A DNA stretch of 64,000 nucleotides from Kudoa neothunni (taxonomy: Eukaryota > Animalia > Cnidaria): the NCBI GenBank assembly GCA_964304625.1, contig OZ199839.1:11376847-11440846 (forward strand), in the 5' to 3' direction. The position numbers and the translations under genes are program-made. Shown here in pieces: positions 14,025-27,129 of this stretch. The notes beneath the pieces are model-generated. The model saw nothing but the letters and a program-made list of their open reading frames with translations. It had not been told where the DNA came from and searched no databases. The first letter of the stretch is position 1. Each line of letters opens with the position of its first letter.

Positions 14025-16197
14025 ATTCTTACTTAGAAGATTAATGTTACTTAGCACTGATATGTGTTAGTTAAAATTATGTTATACGGTTGTATCCAAT
14101 GTATTTAATTTATATGATAAGGAAAATGATCATTCCAATATATATTGTCACAACCAAACTGAGGAATATTGTAATTTGTAACGTTTTTTGCTATCTGATA
14201 TAAAATTTCGAAGATAGAATAGAATTAAGATAAATTAATTCCTCTATTATTGTCGTCCAGGTTATTGCGCGTTGAAACCCGAATAGATTGCCTGATGGGT
14301 TATTGTATATCCCGTGCCGATAATAGGGTAGGATGTGGCACCTAAAAAACACCCCTCTGCGCATCGTTTTTTTCGTCTATTCTATCACAAATGTTTATAA
14401 TAAAATAAAAGAATACCGAAAGTAAATATTCGACTAATTATAGTAACATCTAATTTTGGTGCACAAATTAACTTCTACATTTATTATACACCTTAATAAC
14501 ATTTTTTGGGATGGGTCGTTCCATAATTATACGACTCAGACGTTTGATTAAACCTTAATCATCTTATTATAAATTATTTTCACAATCATTATTGGTATAC
14601 CGACTATGAACCATTAAAAAAAAATTACAATAAATTATCACTTTTTGTAGTTAATTTATTTTTTGGTTAATTTATTTTAATTATAAAAAAAAGTTATAAT
14701 CATTTTATCATAAAATTTTCATAGCGACAATACAATGAATTTTCAATCTTCATTGCATTCGATATCTGTCCAAAAAAATCTTTTAATAATTAATTTAAAA
14801 AAACACTCTTGACAAAAGTCAACTATGAAAAATAAAAGAAGCAACGTAAATAGGAATTTATTAATATGATATTAAGTATATATTACACTCTTCACTTCAT
14901 TTTTTAAATATATATGGTCTTTAATTTGATGTTCAATCTTTTTTTATATTTATAAAACTAACGATTATATTTTAAGCCTTAGATGCTACAATGTATTTAA
15001 TTTATGAGGATATTTTATAAATAATGTGGTTTTTTATGTATAAAGCGTTTTACTATTTTACCGGTTGGTTTAACATTATATTATACAAAATTTAACATTA
15101 ATTCATTATTAAATTCTTTTATTTGGGCTGTCTTCCGGAATTCTCCCCTTAAATACCGGCCTCGATTATTTTTGCGCTTCCCGCGAGGAAGCATCTCATT
15201 AATCTCAATAACGTACCCCTTGTCACCAGATGGTTTTCGCAGAAGAAAACTAGAAGCACAAGTATTTCTTTTTTTTAAATCATACCCCCTGTTTTTGTGA
15301 TCAAATTAATATTTTCGAAGACAGATAAAATAGTTTTATCCATGCTCCCATTGTAAATGATTTTATATATTTTATTCTCCGTTATGTTTGGGGAGGGATG
15401 AAACAAATTCAAACCTGGAAAAAAAGTTCCATTTCGTTGAGATACCCTGGTTTTACATCTTCGAATTGCGAGACTAGTATTTAGGTATAAAATAATTACT
15501 TTTTAAAATAAGAACTGACTGGATAATCCATAAAATTCCTTTCATGCGATTTAATTTTAGGTATTGACCTTTGGACGTTCAAATTCCTTTTGGTGAGGGA
15601 AAAATAATTGAATTTGTAACAATTATTACACCTTAAATGAAGAGGAAACAGATATTATTTGTCTACAAGTATATTAAACAATTCAATGGGTTTATTCATC
15701 AATAAAAAATCCTCATCGTTAATAAAACTCAAAGTACTCATTTTCTCTAGCGCGCGAGAAATTTGATAAACTACTCGCTTAAATATTTTATATTTTGTTA
15801 GTTAAATCAAACATTTCATTAAAAAAAATGTTATTAAGGTGTATAATAAATGTCGAAGTTAATTTGTGAACCAAACTTAGATGTTACCATAATTAGCCGA
15901 ATACTTCCTCTCGGTATTCTTTTATTTTATTATGAACATTTGTGAAAGAATAGACGAAAAACCGATGCGCAATAAGGCTATTTTGGGGAGCCAAGAGATA
16001 TACAATAGCCGCCTGGTGTTCTTTAAAATATTCTATAATATTTATTTTTTCAATGAAATAAATTTAAATTGTAGTAAATTAAAAGTTGGCCATATTTTAC
16101 TAAAAATTAATAATTTAGTCTAATAATTAATAGATTAAAACCTAGTCATATTATTTCTGTGTCATGATATCACCAAATATCGACGAATCCCTGTCAT

Positions 16198-19100
16198 CAG
16201 GGTTGCCATAATTGGTACATTCGTACCAAAATGGTACTTTATCACCTTCAAGACATGATTTTTAATCCTCTCGACGATATCTAGTTTCCAGTTAGGTATT
16301 AGTAATGAATGCAAAGTAGCATTAATGGCTTATTTAAAAATTTATATTTTTTACGTTTATTTATTATTATTGTTTCAGCGTATAGATATAACATTATACA
16401 AAGATATGCAAAATATGTCTTGGTGCTGAAGTTGATATTATTTTAAATATCCAATCTATCCCTTTAATATTTTGTCTCCTAAAGAAAACAAAACAAACAA
16501 TTAAATTTCAAAATATTATTATTTAACAAAATTTTATAAACTTAAGCTTATTTCTTTCTTCACATGTATGTTAAAAGAGTTTCTGACTACGATAATGTTA
16601 TCTATTTATTGTTTTAAATGAAACTTTCTTTGATTTCATGGTCAAATCAGTTCCATTTAATTCCAATGTATAATTAACCTTATAGGAATGAAATTAGCTC
16701 GTTTACTTCACAAAATTAATTTTTATGCCTACAAGTTTTATACTTTAGGGTTTTAAAATGTTTTTAGAAACGAAAAAAAAATCTGGCTCGAAAGAGTTAT
16801 CAGATTTAATTTTCGCAAAAAAAAAATCCTTAAAACGTTAAGTTTATGTATTTCTAACTAGGGGAATTGTTAATAAATTAAATTTTTTAAAATTAAAGCT
16901 ATCATTGACACTTGAAAATATTTAAATTACAAGAAAACGAAGTTGAAGATGAAAACAATATCCGGAATGCCATAAGAATAAAATTTTATACACAAACATT
17001 TATTGTAACATACAAAGTCATTCATAATAGTGCTCGTTTTAGTAATTCACTGCAAAGGTTTTGCATTCAACAATTTGAATTAATTTCTGAAACTTTTATT
17101 GTGTTATACACAATGTAATATCTTTTGGGTTAGTAATTCTTAAAGGTCTTTAATCAAAACGATAGCGACTAAGAAAGCGGTATATGTAAAACTTTAACAA
17201 AGAAAATATATAAAGGTTATGAACGCAAGATAGTACAGAATGGTTGGAAGAGCAAAGATCTATCCAGTGAATTGATATTAGCAAGAATAACAAAGAGAAA
17301 GTGTTCTGTAAAGTGTGTAAATGTGAAGTTTCGGAGAGTATTTTACAAATCGGAAGACTTGCCGCAACCGAAAAGCATTTAAAAAATATGAGACTATACA
17401 CAAACAATATGAGAATAGATAGTTTATAGAATTAAACAATTCCGTTGCATATTATCGAAAAATAGCTAAAGCAGAATTGAAATTATGTGTCTTTGTTGCG
17501 GAACACAATTTACCGCTTTCAATCTTGGATCATTTTCCTGGTTTAGTTGCCAATGTTTGTGAAGATCCTGCTATTTGCAAAGATATTAAATGTGCTTGAA
17601 CGAAAGGCAAATGTGTTTTTCGTCATTCTATTGGGAAATATTACTTAAAAATCCTGATTTCAAAGTTAAAAACAACCAAATTTTCATCAATAATAGATGA
17701 AACCACAGATATGATATATCCACAACTAAACAACTAGTTTTAGTAGTTCGATATTATGATTTCGATGTTAAAAAGACAATGGACAAATATTTGGTCATGT
17801 TGGAGGTAAAGAATTATACTGGCAAAGGAATTTTTGAATCAATGATAAATTTTTTTAAAATTAATATTATCTCCATTCACAATCTTATCAGATTTACCAG
17901 TGACAATGCAAATGTTATGATGAGTAACAAAACTGGTGTCCAGAGTTTACTGAAACAAATTATTCCATCGCTTTACGTGCAGGGTTGCGTTTGTCACAGC
18001 AAATTTTGGATGTGTTTGTAAAGTTTGTCCTCAACTTCCAAACGAGTTGGAAGATTTAGCTACAAACATTTACACATACGTTTCGAATAGCTCAAAACAC
18101 TTGAGTGAATACAAGGATTTTCAAAAGCTAATGGATATTTGTCCTAGAAAGATATTACGCCCCTGTATCACAAGATGGTCGTCGCTAGAATACTCGATCA
18201 ATGGAATGCACTTAAAATGTTTTTCGCTACTGCGGTATCAGGAAATGGTGTTGAATCAGAAAAATTAATAAATCATATGTATTTTGAATTCTTAAACTTT
18301 ATACTCCCGATAGTAAACAAACTTAATCTTGATTTCCAATCAGTAATCTTTCGAATACACAAGCTAAAAAATTCAATTAGTGTTACAGTAAAAGTCATTC
18401 TCAGTTTATTTATGAAAAGAGAAATCATTAAAAACGTGGATATTTGGAATATTACTATTAATAACCCTTCAAACTATCGTCCATTAGATAGTATTTGTCG
18501 CGGATTCAAAATGACTTGCAACTATACAATGAATTCCCCCATAATAAATTCACAAGAATATCTCCAATATAAAATAAATACATTAAATTTTTATATTTCC
18601 TTAACAAATGAAATATTTGATCGATTTCTATACAATGATTCATTTAAAGAACTTGAATTGTTTCAGGCAATAGATCTAAGTAACGTGAATGAAGGTAGGC
18701 CCGAGTCTATCATACCCCTTGCAATAAGATTCCCTAATCTTATATCGGATGAAGACTAACCAATGTGGATATTGAATGGAGACCATTAAATTTCGAAGAC
18801 TCAAATCTCTTTTCAATAAGTGACTCCGAAAAATTTTAGTACGATGTATCAGAATAAAGAATTGGCGAAGATCCTAAATATCCATTAATTTCAAAACTAA
18901 TGATGAGTTTGCTTTTATTACCTCATTTTTCTGCTTGTGCCAAAAGAATATTTTCCCAATTAAACATAATCAAAATGAAAAATAGATCATTATTGAAGAC
19001 CGAAACATTAAACAGCTTGATTTATTCGAAAAGTTTATTTTGTAATACGGATTGCACAAAATGGAACCTTGCTGAAAATTCAGTAACAGCGTTCATAGAG

Positions 19101-19293
19101 AGAAACCTTTATGAAAATAACTGTAATGACATAATTTTATTTTAGATAGATTATAAAAACATTTTAAATAACTATGTTTTTTTCCTCTGTAATCTCTTTT
19201 TTGCGCGGATTAACGGTTGGTACGTTTTACCCGATTTTGGTACGGTTTTCAAAAATTTTTGGTACTTTTTTTGCTCATCTTCTGGCAACCCTA
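16198..19293 (+). mobile_element. Degenerate hAT transposon (ZNF862/Tip100-like transposase) with both TIRs
   Basis: TIRs CAGGGTTGCCA (16198) and TGGCAACCCTA (19283-19293), with clustered GGTAC subterminal repeats at both ends. Transposase remnants IIDETTD, SDNANVM, GCVCH, LRPCITRW and PHFSACAKRIFSQLN. Confidence 0.9.
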
Positions 19294-19304
19294 TTGTTGC
19301 AGAC

Positions 19305-22300
19305 TGTGGCGGATAATCCACCCATTAACTTGACACATTGGAGATTATAATCTCGTGTAGTTAGTCGTTAGTTAAATGTCTTCAAAATCTATGGTGCAGT
19401 GGAAATACCGTTGAATTTCGTTAACTTCAGCTAAGGTATGGATGTGAATGACTTGCTTGAAAGGTGCGAGTTACTAATGACTACAACTGGCACTGACCCC
19501 ACACGGCATGTGGCCCAGTTACTTTTGAGAGTTGGAGACTCCGTATACGATATGATGAAAGGAAATGGGCTTTCGACGTCATCGGATTATAATGAGATAA
19601 AAAAGTTCCTTGGAGTTCGTTATGGAAAACCGACGGATACATACCTAGAACAGGAAAAGTTCCGCACCCGAGGTCAACTCTCAGGAGAGACCTACGAAGT
19701 GTATATGGACTGCTTACAATATATTGCTAAAAAAGCATTCCCGCAAACGAATGCCATGGGTATTGGTATTGATATGTTGGTCATCAACCTATTCGTGGCT
19801 GGTGTTGAAAATTCATTGGTTAAACGTTCCTTACTGTCAAATATACCAGTTTCAATTGAGGGAACGGTTACTACTGCTAAATGATTGTGTATTGCCCAGT
19901 CTGGAATCACGGAAGCAGAACTTGAAGATCTAAACCTTATCCAAAAGGCGAAACGTATAAATAACTGGCCAACGAAGAAAGAAAACAATAATGATAACAG
20001 GAAAGAGCCATTGAATTGCCAAATATGTGATAAATTTGGACATACAGCGAAATATTTTTACAAACGATTTGATAAAAAGTTTTATTTGAGTTTTTCTCGC
20101 AATATGCCTAAAATCGAACTAAGTATTAATGGAAGCCCCCGTAGTTTTTTGCTTGGTTCGGGGTCTAGTGTATACATAATTAAATAATCTATTGTTTTTT
20201 TAACGATGTTGACACAAATAATCCAATTAGGCTGAGAAATGCGGACGGACGTGACCGTCGAGTATTTGGAAAGATAATTCTAACATTATCAATACCGGGA
20301 AAATCCCTCAGGACTAAGTTTTGGGTAGCAGATGTCAAATACGACGGTATGCTCGGAAACAAATTCATGAACGAACATGGTTGTCTGTTGGATTTTCGAA
20401 AAAATGTCATGGAATTAAATACGTTTGATATCTTATGATTCACAGCATTAAGACATAATTGAGAAATTACTGAGGAAGTTCGGAGGTCCATTACTTTCCC
20501 CCGGAAAGAGTTTATCCAAAATATTGCTCATCGAACATCATATTCCTACGTTTGATGATATTCCAGTTAAAATGTAAATTGTATCGCAGCTCTAAATCAA
20601 TGAACGATGAAATTAATAAAATAGTGAATCAATGGTTAGAAGACAGAATTGTGGAACCTTCTGTTAGTCTGTGGGCAGCCAATGTTGTATTAGTGAAGAA
20701 AAAGAACGGAAACGAACATAGACTATGTACTGATTACAGAAAATTGAACGATAAGAGCATAAAAAATTTTTTTCCTCTCCCGTTGATCGATGATATTTTG
20801 GACAACCTACATGGAGCTTCATATTTTTCAACCATTGATCTGGCTAGTGGTTATCACCAAATTCCAGTAGCAATGAAGGATCGCATTAAGACTGCGTTCG
20901 CTACTACAAATGGTTTATATCAATTTCGCGTTATGCCTTTTGGTCTTGCAAACGCCCCGGCTACTTTTCAAAATCTGATGAACAATCTACTCCGTCCGTT
21001 CAAAACGTTCGCAATGGTATATCTTGACGATATACTCGTATTTAGTAAATCGCTTCAAGATCATAAAATCCTTTTGGAACAAGTTATTGAGGCAATAAAA
21101 AAAGGCCAACTCGATGATCAAACCAAACAAGTCACATTTCTTTTGCCCTGAAGCAAAATTTTTAGGATACGTCGTGTCCAAAAATGGAATCACAACAGAC
21201 AAAGAGAAAACTTATGTAATAGAAAATTGGCCTATCCCCAAAACTACAAAGGATGTACAACGCTTCGTTGGTTTTGTATCCTATTATAGAAGATTTATTA
21301 AAAATTTTGCGGAATTGGCAGCCCCCTTATATAACTTACTAAAAAAGAATATCAAATTTTCATGGACGAACACACATGATACCTCATTTTCTACAATCAA
21401 AAAAGCATTGGTGAATACTCCAACTCTACTCCCTCCAGATTGGAACACAAAATTTTTGCTGGATACAGACGCAAGTGGTGTCGAGCTTGGTGCACTACTT
21501 TCTCAGGAAATTAATGGGATTGAACATCCCGTAGCCTTCACTAGCAGGAGGCCTTCCAACTCCGGAAGAAATTACTTCACCATTAAGCGTGAATTATTAG
21601 CCATTATTCGGTTTACGAAGGAATTTAAACCCTACCTAAGTGGTTCCAACTTTAAAGTCAGATCTGACCACAGTTACCTTAAGTGGCTTTTAAATTTTAA
21701 AGAGCTCTCTGGAGTAATTGCAAGATGGCTTGAGCACCTAAGTGAATTCAATTTTTTTTGGAATATCGGAAGGGTATTATTCACAACTAGCTCGAACTGC
21801 TCAGCGTTGCTTGGGGAAGATTTCGCGTAGAGGCATTTTTTGATAGCATTCAAAAAATATTTTGAAATCTCAAATTAATCCATAGAAACAAAATAACTAA
21901 AAATTTTTAAGCAACTTACTATAATGATTTGGATATGCAATTTAAATTATGATAATTTCTGTGAAGGAAAGTATCCATCCCAGCGTCCATTTAAAAATTT
22001 CGTGGCTCGGCATCAACGCTAAACAAGTTAAGGTGAACGTTGTATTTTTTTTCAGTCCGAATTATTTAAATCCCGTTAAAGTGTTATCTAAAACGTTATT
22101 TTTTGGCACGGAGGATTTTTAAAAGTAGAATTCTGGCCTGACTCGGTAACTGGGTGCACCACTACCTTTTTAAGAGATAAAAAAATAGAAAAAATAAAAG
22201 AGATGGAAGAAAACTTATGAAAATTAATCGATATTGCTAAAATTAGCATCGTTTAGCTCGGCATAAACATACATGCGCTTTTATCATAAACAGCCACAAA

Positions 22301-24577
22301 TTGCGTCGATTTCAACATAAACAATTTAAATAATTTGGTGAAATAAAAGTACAACCATCCGCATTGAACTTAATCAAGTAAAGTAAAACTTAGCGGACAA
22401 TTTAATGAAACCTATGAACGCAGTATTTCCATTATAACGCTTCAATCAATGTAACTTAACGTTCTCCACGAATTCGTTATTTATGAAACATATATAGATT
22501 TTTCACCACATTGAAAATCATTAATGGAACTTATAAAATATACCTATCAAGTCATATACGTTAAAACTCCGCAAATAAGGAGTGTGTTTAAACAGACAAC
22601 CAAATAGAAACGCCAACCTTATATACAAAGATAGATAGAAGCAGTTAATGAACATATGACGGAGCATATAAAGGAGATAGTTAACTTCAACCGAACATAA
22701 CCATGAAATAAGCAAGTGCTACTCCTATAGTTGAACTCATTTAATCCGAAAACAAACTTTAAATCGACAAAATCACTATTTCATAAATACTTTTTGGAAA
22801 CTTTCGTAGTCCGACAACAATTAAACGATTTTTTTAAATATCAAAAATTTATAAAAATTTTATATATGGCTCTCTATAAGGAAAAAATTATCCACACATG
22901 CGTACTTAGGGGCATACACACACAAATAAACATACCGACAGTCCTCTTTTATATATATAAAGGATGATGCAGACGCTTTATCATGATACTTTGAGTTAAA
23001 TACAACCTGCATAGTAGAGTGCATTTGGTTAAACACTGAGAAAATTGCCGAAGAGCAATCTAAAGATGTGTATATATCCAAAATAATTAAATGGATAAAA
23101 ACCGGTAGAAAAAACGATACTCATCTAAACAATACTAAAGAAGACTACGACAAAGCGTTATGGAACATACGATCAAATATACAGCTACAGAATGATATAT
23201 TGTTGAGAATTAGTGATGATATGTCCCATAAAGAGTCAAGGATAATTTTACCTAGAAGTCTTAAGGAACATATTACGAACGAGTTCCACTCAGTAGCTTC
23301 AGTTGGACATTTGGGATTCAAGAAGACTTTGGGAAAAATTCAAAAGTATTGTTACTGGCCTTACCAACGTAAAGACGTTGAGAATCACTGCAAGGAATGT
23401 GGAATTTGTAAACGTAGAGAAAGACCGCGATCGAACCCCAAAACCAAAATGGATGAGTTTGTCCCATCACATCCACTGGAACGCGTTGGTATAGACACTG
23501 TGGGTCTCTTACCTACAACACCTAGAGGTAATAGGTTTATTCTGGTGATCACCGATTACTTTACAAAATGGATCGAAGCGATAGCTATGTGTGATCAAAG
23601 TGCTATAACAGTCGCGAAAAATCTTGTTGAAAATTTCATCTGTCGGTTTGATTGCCCGAAAGTGATACACAGTGATCAAAGGAAAAACTTAGAATCTGCT
23701 GTGCTCTCAGAAACATTAAAACTTTTTGGGGTACGAAAAACTAGAACAACCCCTTACTGGCCTCAGTCGAATGGTCTACTTGAAAGAACGAATCGCGCGA
23801 TTGTTTCGCTTGCGAAATGTACTATTAGTGACGATTTATGGGATGAGACATTACCATATATCATGATGACATATCGAAAAGCAAATCACGATTCCACGAA
23901 ATTTAGTCCAGCAATGCTTATGTTTGGTAGGGAGATTGATGCACCAACTTCTTTAATTAATTCTATCCAAAATGAAACACATATGGACACCTCCTATGCC
24001 GAGAAACTTTCAAAATCCATTCCTATTCTAGACGATAAAGTTAAACAACACCTCAAATCTACTTGAAACAAAATGTCAAAACAATACGATAAGAACGTCA
24101 AACCTACCTCATTTAAACCTGGCGACAAAGTATTGTTACTCAAGGAATTGAGAACAAACTATCTAGATTCGTTTTGGTATGGTCCATTAGAAGTAATGGA
24201 AAAATTGAAGGAGAGTGTCTATAGAATTGGAAAAGGAGAAAAAAAAAGGTGTAAATATCAGCAAACTTAAAATATACGATAATTGCAATGATGAGAATAC
24301 CATAAATGATAATATCCTTACCTCCCCCGAAAAAGAGGCGCTACCACAAAGGAGTGAAAATGTCCCAACAGATCCTTTGGAGTCATCCGAGATGAGCGAA
24401 CCATTACCCATAAGGCAAAGCGCGTGTCCACTAAACCCAAATGGCTGAAGGACTTTATACGGAAGGCTCTAAAGATGGCGTGGTGTGGCGAATAATCCAC
24501 CTATTAACTTAACATATTGGAGATTATAATCGCGTGTAGTTGATCGTTAGTTAATTGTCTTTAAAATCTATGGCGCA
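19305..24577 (+). mobile_element. Degenerate Ty3/Gypsy LTR retrotransposon with 94-bp LTRs, interrupted by a Helitron
   Basis: LTRs 19305-19398 and 24484-24577 (10 mismatches in 94 nt). Gag, CCHC remnant, protease remnant, RT (YLDD), RNase H (DAS), integrase (HHCC, DDE, GPY/F-like WYGP) in frameshifted pieces. No TSD seen. Confidence 0.92.
21787..22964 (-). mobile_element. Non-autonomous Helitron (~1.18 kb) inserted in the Gypsy RNase H end
   Basis: On the minus strand it begins A|TCCTTTATATATATAAAAG and ends CCCAAGCAACGCTGAGCAGTTCGAGCTAG|T (imperfect hairpin plus CTAG) with no TSD. Removing it restores YRKGIIHNDADALS in frame. Confidence 0.85.
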
Positions 24578-24753
24578 CTTAGCTAGTAGTGACACATACA
24601 TTCGAATTTTTACATATATTATTGCCTAAAGATTCCAATTTTCCGAAATTTATGCATAATGAGAAACAGAAATCTCGCTTCATAAATATCAGAAAAAGTA
24701 TTATTATTAAAGTCAGTAATTATTTTATGAATAATAATTCTATTTAGTGTCTA

Positions 24754-25761
24754 TCACTTGATAACAGCACAGAAATATATAGCACTCCCAATCACGTTCA
24801 AAGCAAAAGAAACCCAGATAGCCCACAACGAAAAACCATATTTAATGATTGCATCTTCAATTCTTTGTAGCAAATTGCACATTTGAACACCAATCTTCGT
24901 TACAAATATTGCGAATATCAAGAATGACAAGTCTACTTCGATTCAAAATAATTGAAAACATTTTAAATTACTGAGTATAGAGAAACCACTTCTCAAATAT
25001 ACAAACTTAATTTTTTTCTTTTTGTGATAAATGCTCATGACTAGGCACCCAATTGTTGCTAATGCAACTAATATTCCTGAAATACATAATATATTATAGG
25101 TAATGATGTTCGAAACTAAATATTGTAATGAGACAACAATTAAAATTATTTACATATTCTTGGGGGGAACCTTGCCCACACAAAATATCCGCACGTTATT
25201 TCTAAATTTATTATTTGTCACAATATTTTTTTAAAAAATAATTAAAAAGTAGTGATTAAAATGATTTAAAAACTTCATTAAGATATAAATAATAATTATA
25301 AATCTCAAATTTGTTTAATCCGATAATATTTGGAACGATAAACATGAAAATCTTCCTTTCTATTTGTTTAATCATCAAAAAGTTTTATTAAATTCAAATC
25401 GCTCATCTTCTAATCACAAACTGATACCGTATTCAGATATTTCCATGGCATCATTTTTAGCTATTGTATAACAAAAATATATAAAATATAACAATTTATA
25501 AAATCAATTTATGCCTGTGAAGTCATCGACATGAACTTGATCGGTACACCCACACTGCTGTGGATCATGCTCTCCGACGCATAATGTAATAACGCCAAGC
25601 CAACTATTAAATTGTTCCTGTTTATGTGACATATTAACAACAGTTTGTGAAAAAATAGCCATAAAAAATCCAGTAATCGACCAAAGAATAAATATCCATC
25701 CAATTACTTCAAATATGTTCCTAATCTATTTCTATGTTTATAAATCGCGTACCATGTACAT
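24754..25761 (-). CDS. Claudin/PMP22-like four-TM membrane protein, paralog 2
   Basis: MYM micro-exon, 27-nt intron, IRNIFEVIGWIFILWSITGFFMAIFSQT...WLGVITLC...CGC, exon EITCGYFVWARFPP, last exon ...KYGFSLWAIWVSFALNVIGSAIYFCAVIK*. One donor is GC. Confidence 0.7.
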
Positions 25762-27129
25762 TTTTACAGTTTGGGATCTCATAGTAATAAAATTTTATAA
25801 TTTATATATTGCTCAATAACTTTCCAATCGCTTTGATTTGTTTATTCAAGAATTCATCTTATTATTATCTATATGCTTATATATTTGATTATATATGAAT
25901 TAAAGATTAATATAAAATCAACAAATCTATATAACAACAAACACTGTGGTTCAAAAATATTCCAGAAATTACAGGATTGTTTACTATTTATTGAAATACT
26001 TTTCGTTTCTCATAAAACTACATTATTATTATTATTAAATATTAGATGGTTCGAAGAAAATAAATATGAACAAAAATTTATGGGATCTTGAGCGATAGGA
26101 ACAAATTAATAATAACCTTTGGAAAAATCCGATTATAGGGGTCGTAAATAATACGAATTTCATTTAGGTACTATCAAAACCAAACGGCAACGTAGATTAA
26201 AATAATGATTGATCGTATATAATCAATTTCATAAAGGATAAACTATCTGCTTTTTATATTTTTATTATATTTTTAAAATATTTACACAATTCTGTTTGTT
26301 TTTAATTCATATTAATGGCTTATATGAAGATTAATATTTTATCGGATAGCTATTCACCAAGTTAAGGATTATCTAAATACAGATGTGAACGTTTGTCTCT
26401 AGGCTTTGTCGCTTTCAACGTTTATTTTAACAACAAATGGACAATTTAAATCAGTGATGGGTATAATTTTGGGGGTGCGAGCCGCATTAGCGCATTACAG
26501 AAGCTTAGATATCGCATTGTTGATTACGCGTTGTTTTGAGAATTTGAATACATGTTTGTGGCATTTATAACATTTTTTGAACAATAAAAAAAGTAAACAT
26601 ATAAATTAATTTAAAAACGCTTCCGATTAATACAGCTTAATAAGGAATTAAATAAATTTTTTAAATATAGAAATTTTGTGATTGGCATACTTTTGCTAGT
26701 AACGATTGAAATAATATAATAGGCTCTATACTTAATAAACTATAATTTTTACTGAAATAATGAAAATTTAATATTATTCATAAGTAGACATGAAATTTTT
26801 AAACAATAACTCTGATAGAATTGTTCAACGTTATTTTAAACATTACTTTCAATATAACATATACTTTAGAAATAGGTCTACGTTATAAATATGAATATAA
26901 TAATGTTAGTCAATATTCAGTACATTTATGATATTTCAGATTACACCAAATTTTTTGTGACTTGAATATCACTAACGAATAGAATTAATTTTCATAAAAT
27001 TTATTTCGCAATATTTCAATTTCAAAATATGGTTTAAATAACATGAAATTACATAATTCGTAATTTTTGTGATTATCAATGGAATATTCGTATTTTTAAG
27101 GTCTTGTAGACTGATTTTTCCTTCTTTTT

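Noticed and set aside
16190-19301. 8-bp TSD for the hAT at 16198-19293
   Set aside because: Flanks CCTGTCAT and TTGTTGCA do not match well enough to claim.
8357-22986. TGA recoded as Arg (alternative genetic code)
   Set aside because: Occurs only in frameshifted TE relics. Host genes (MCFD2, tetraspan paralog 2) and the intact Gypsy use TGA as stop.
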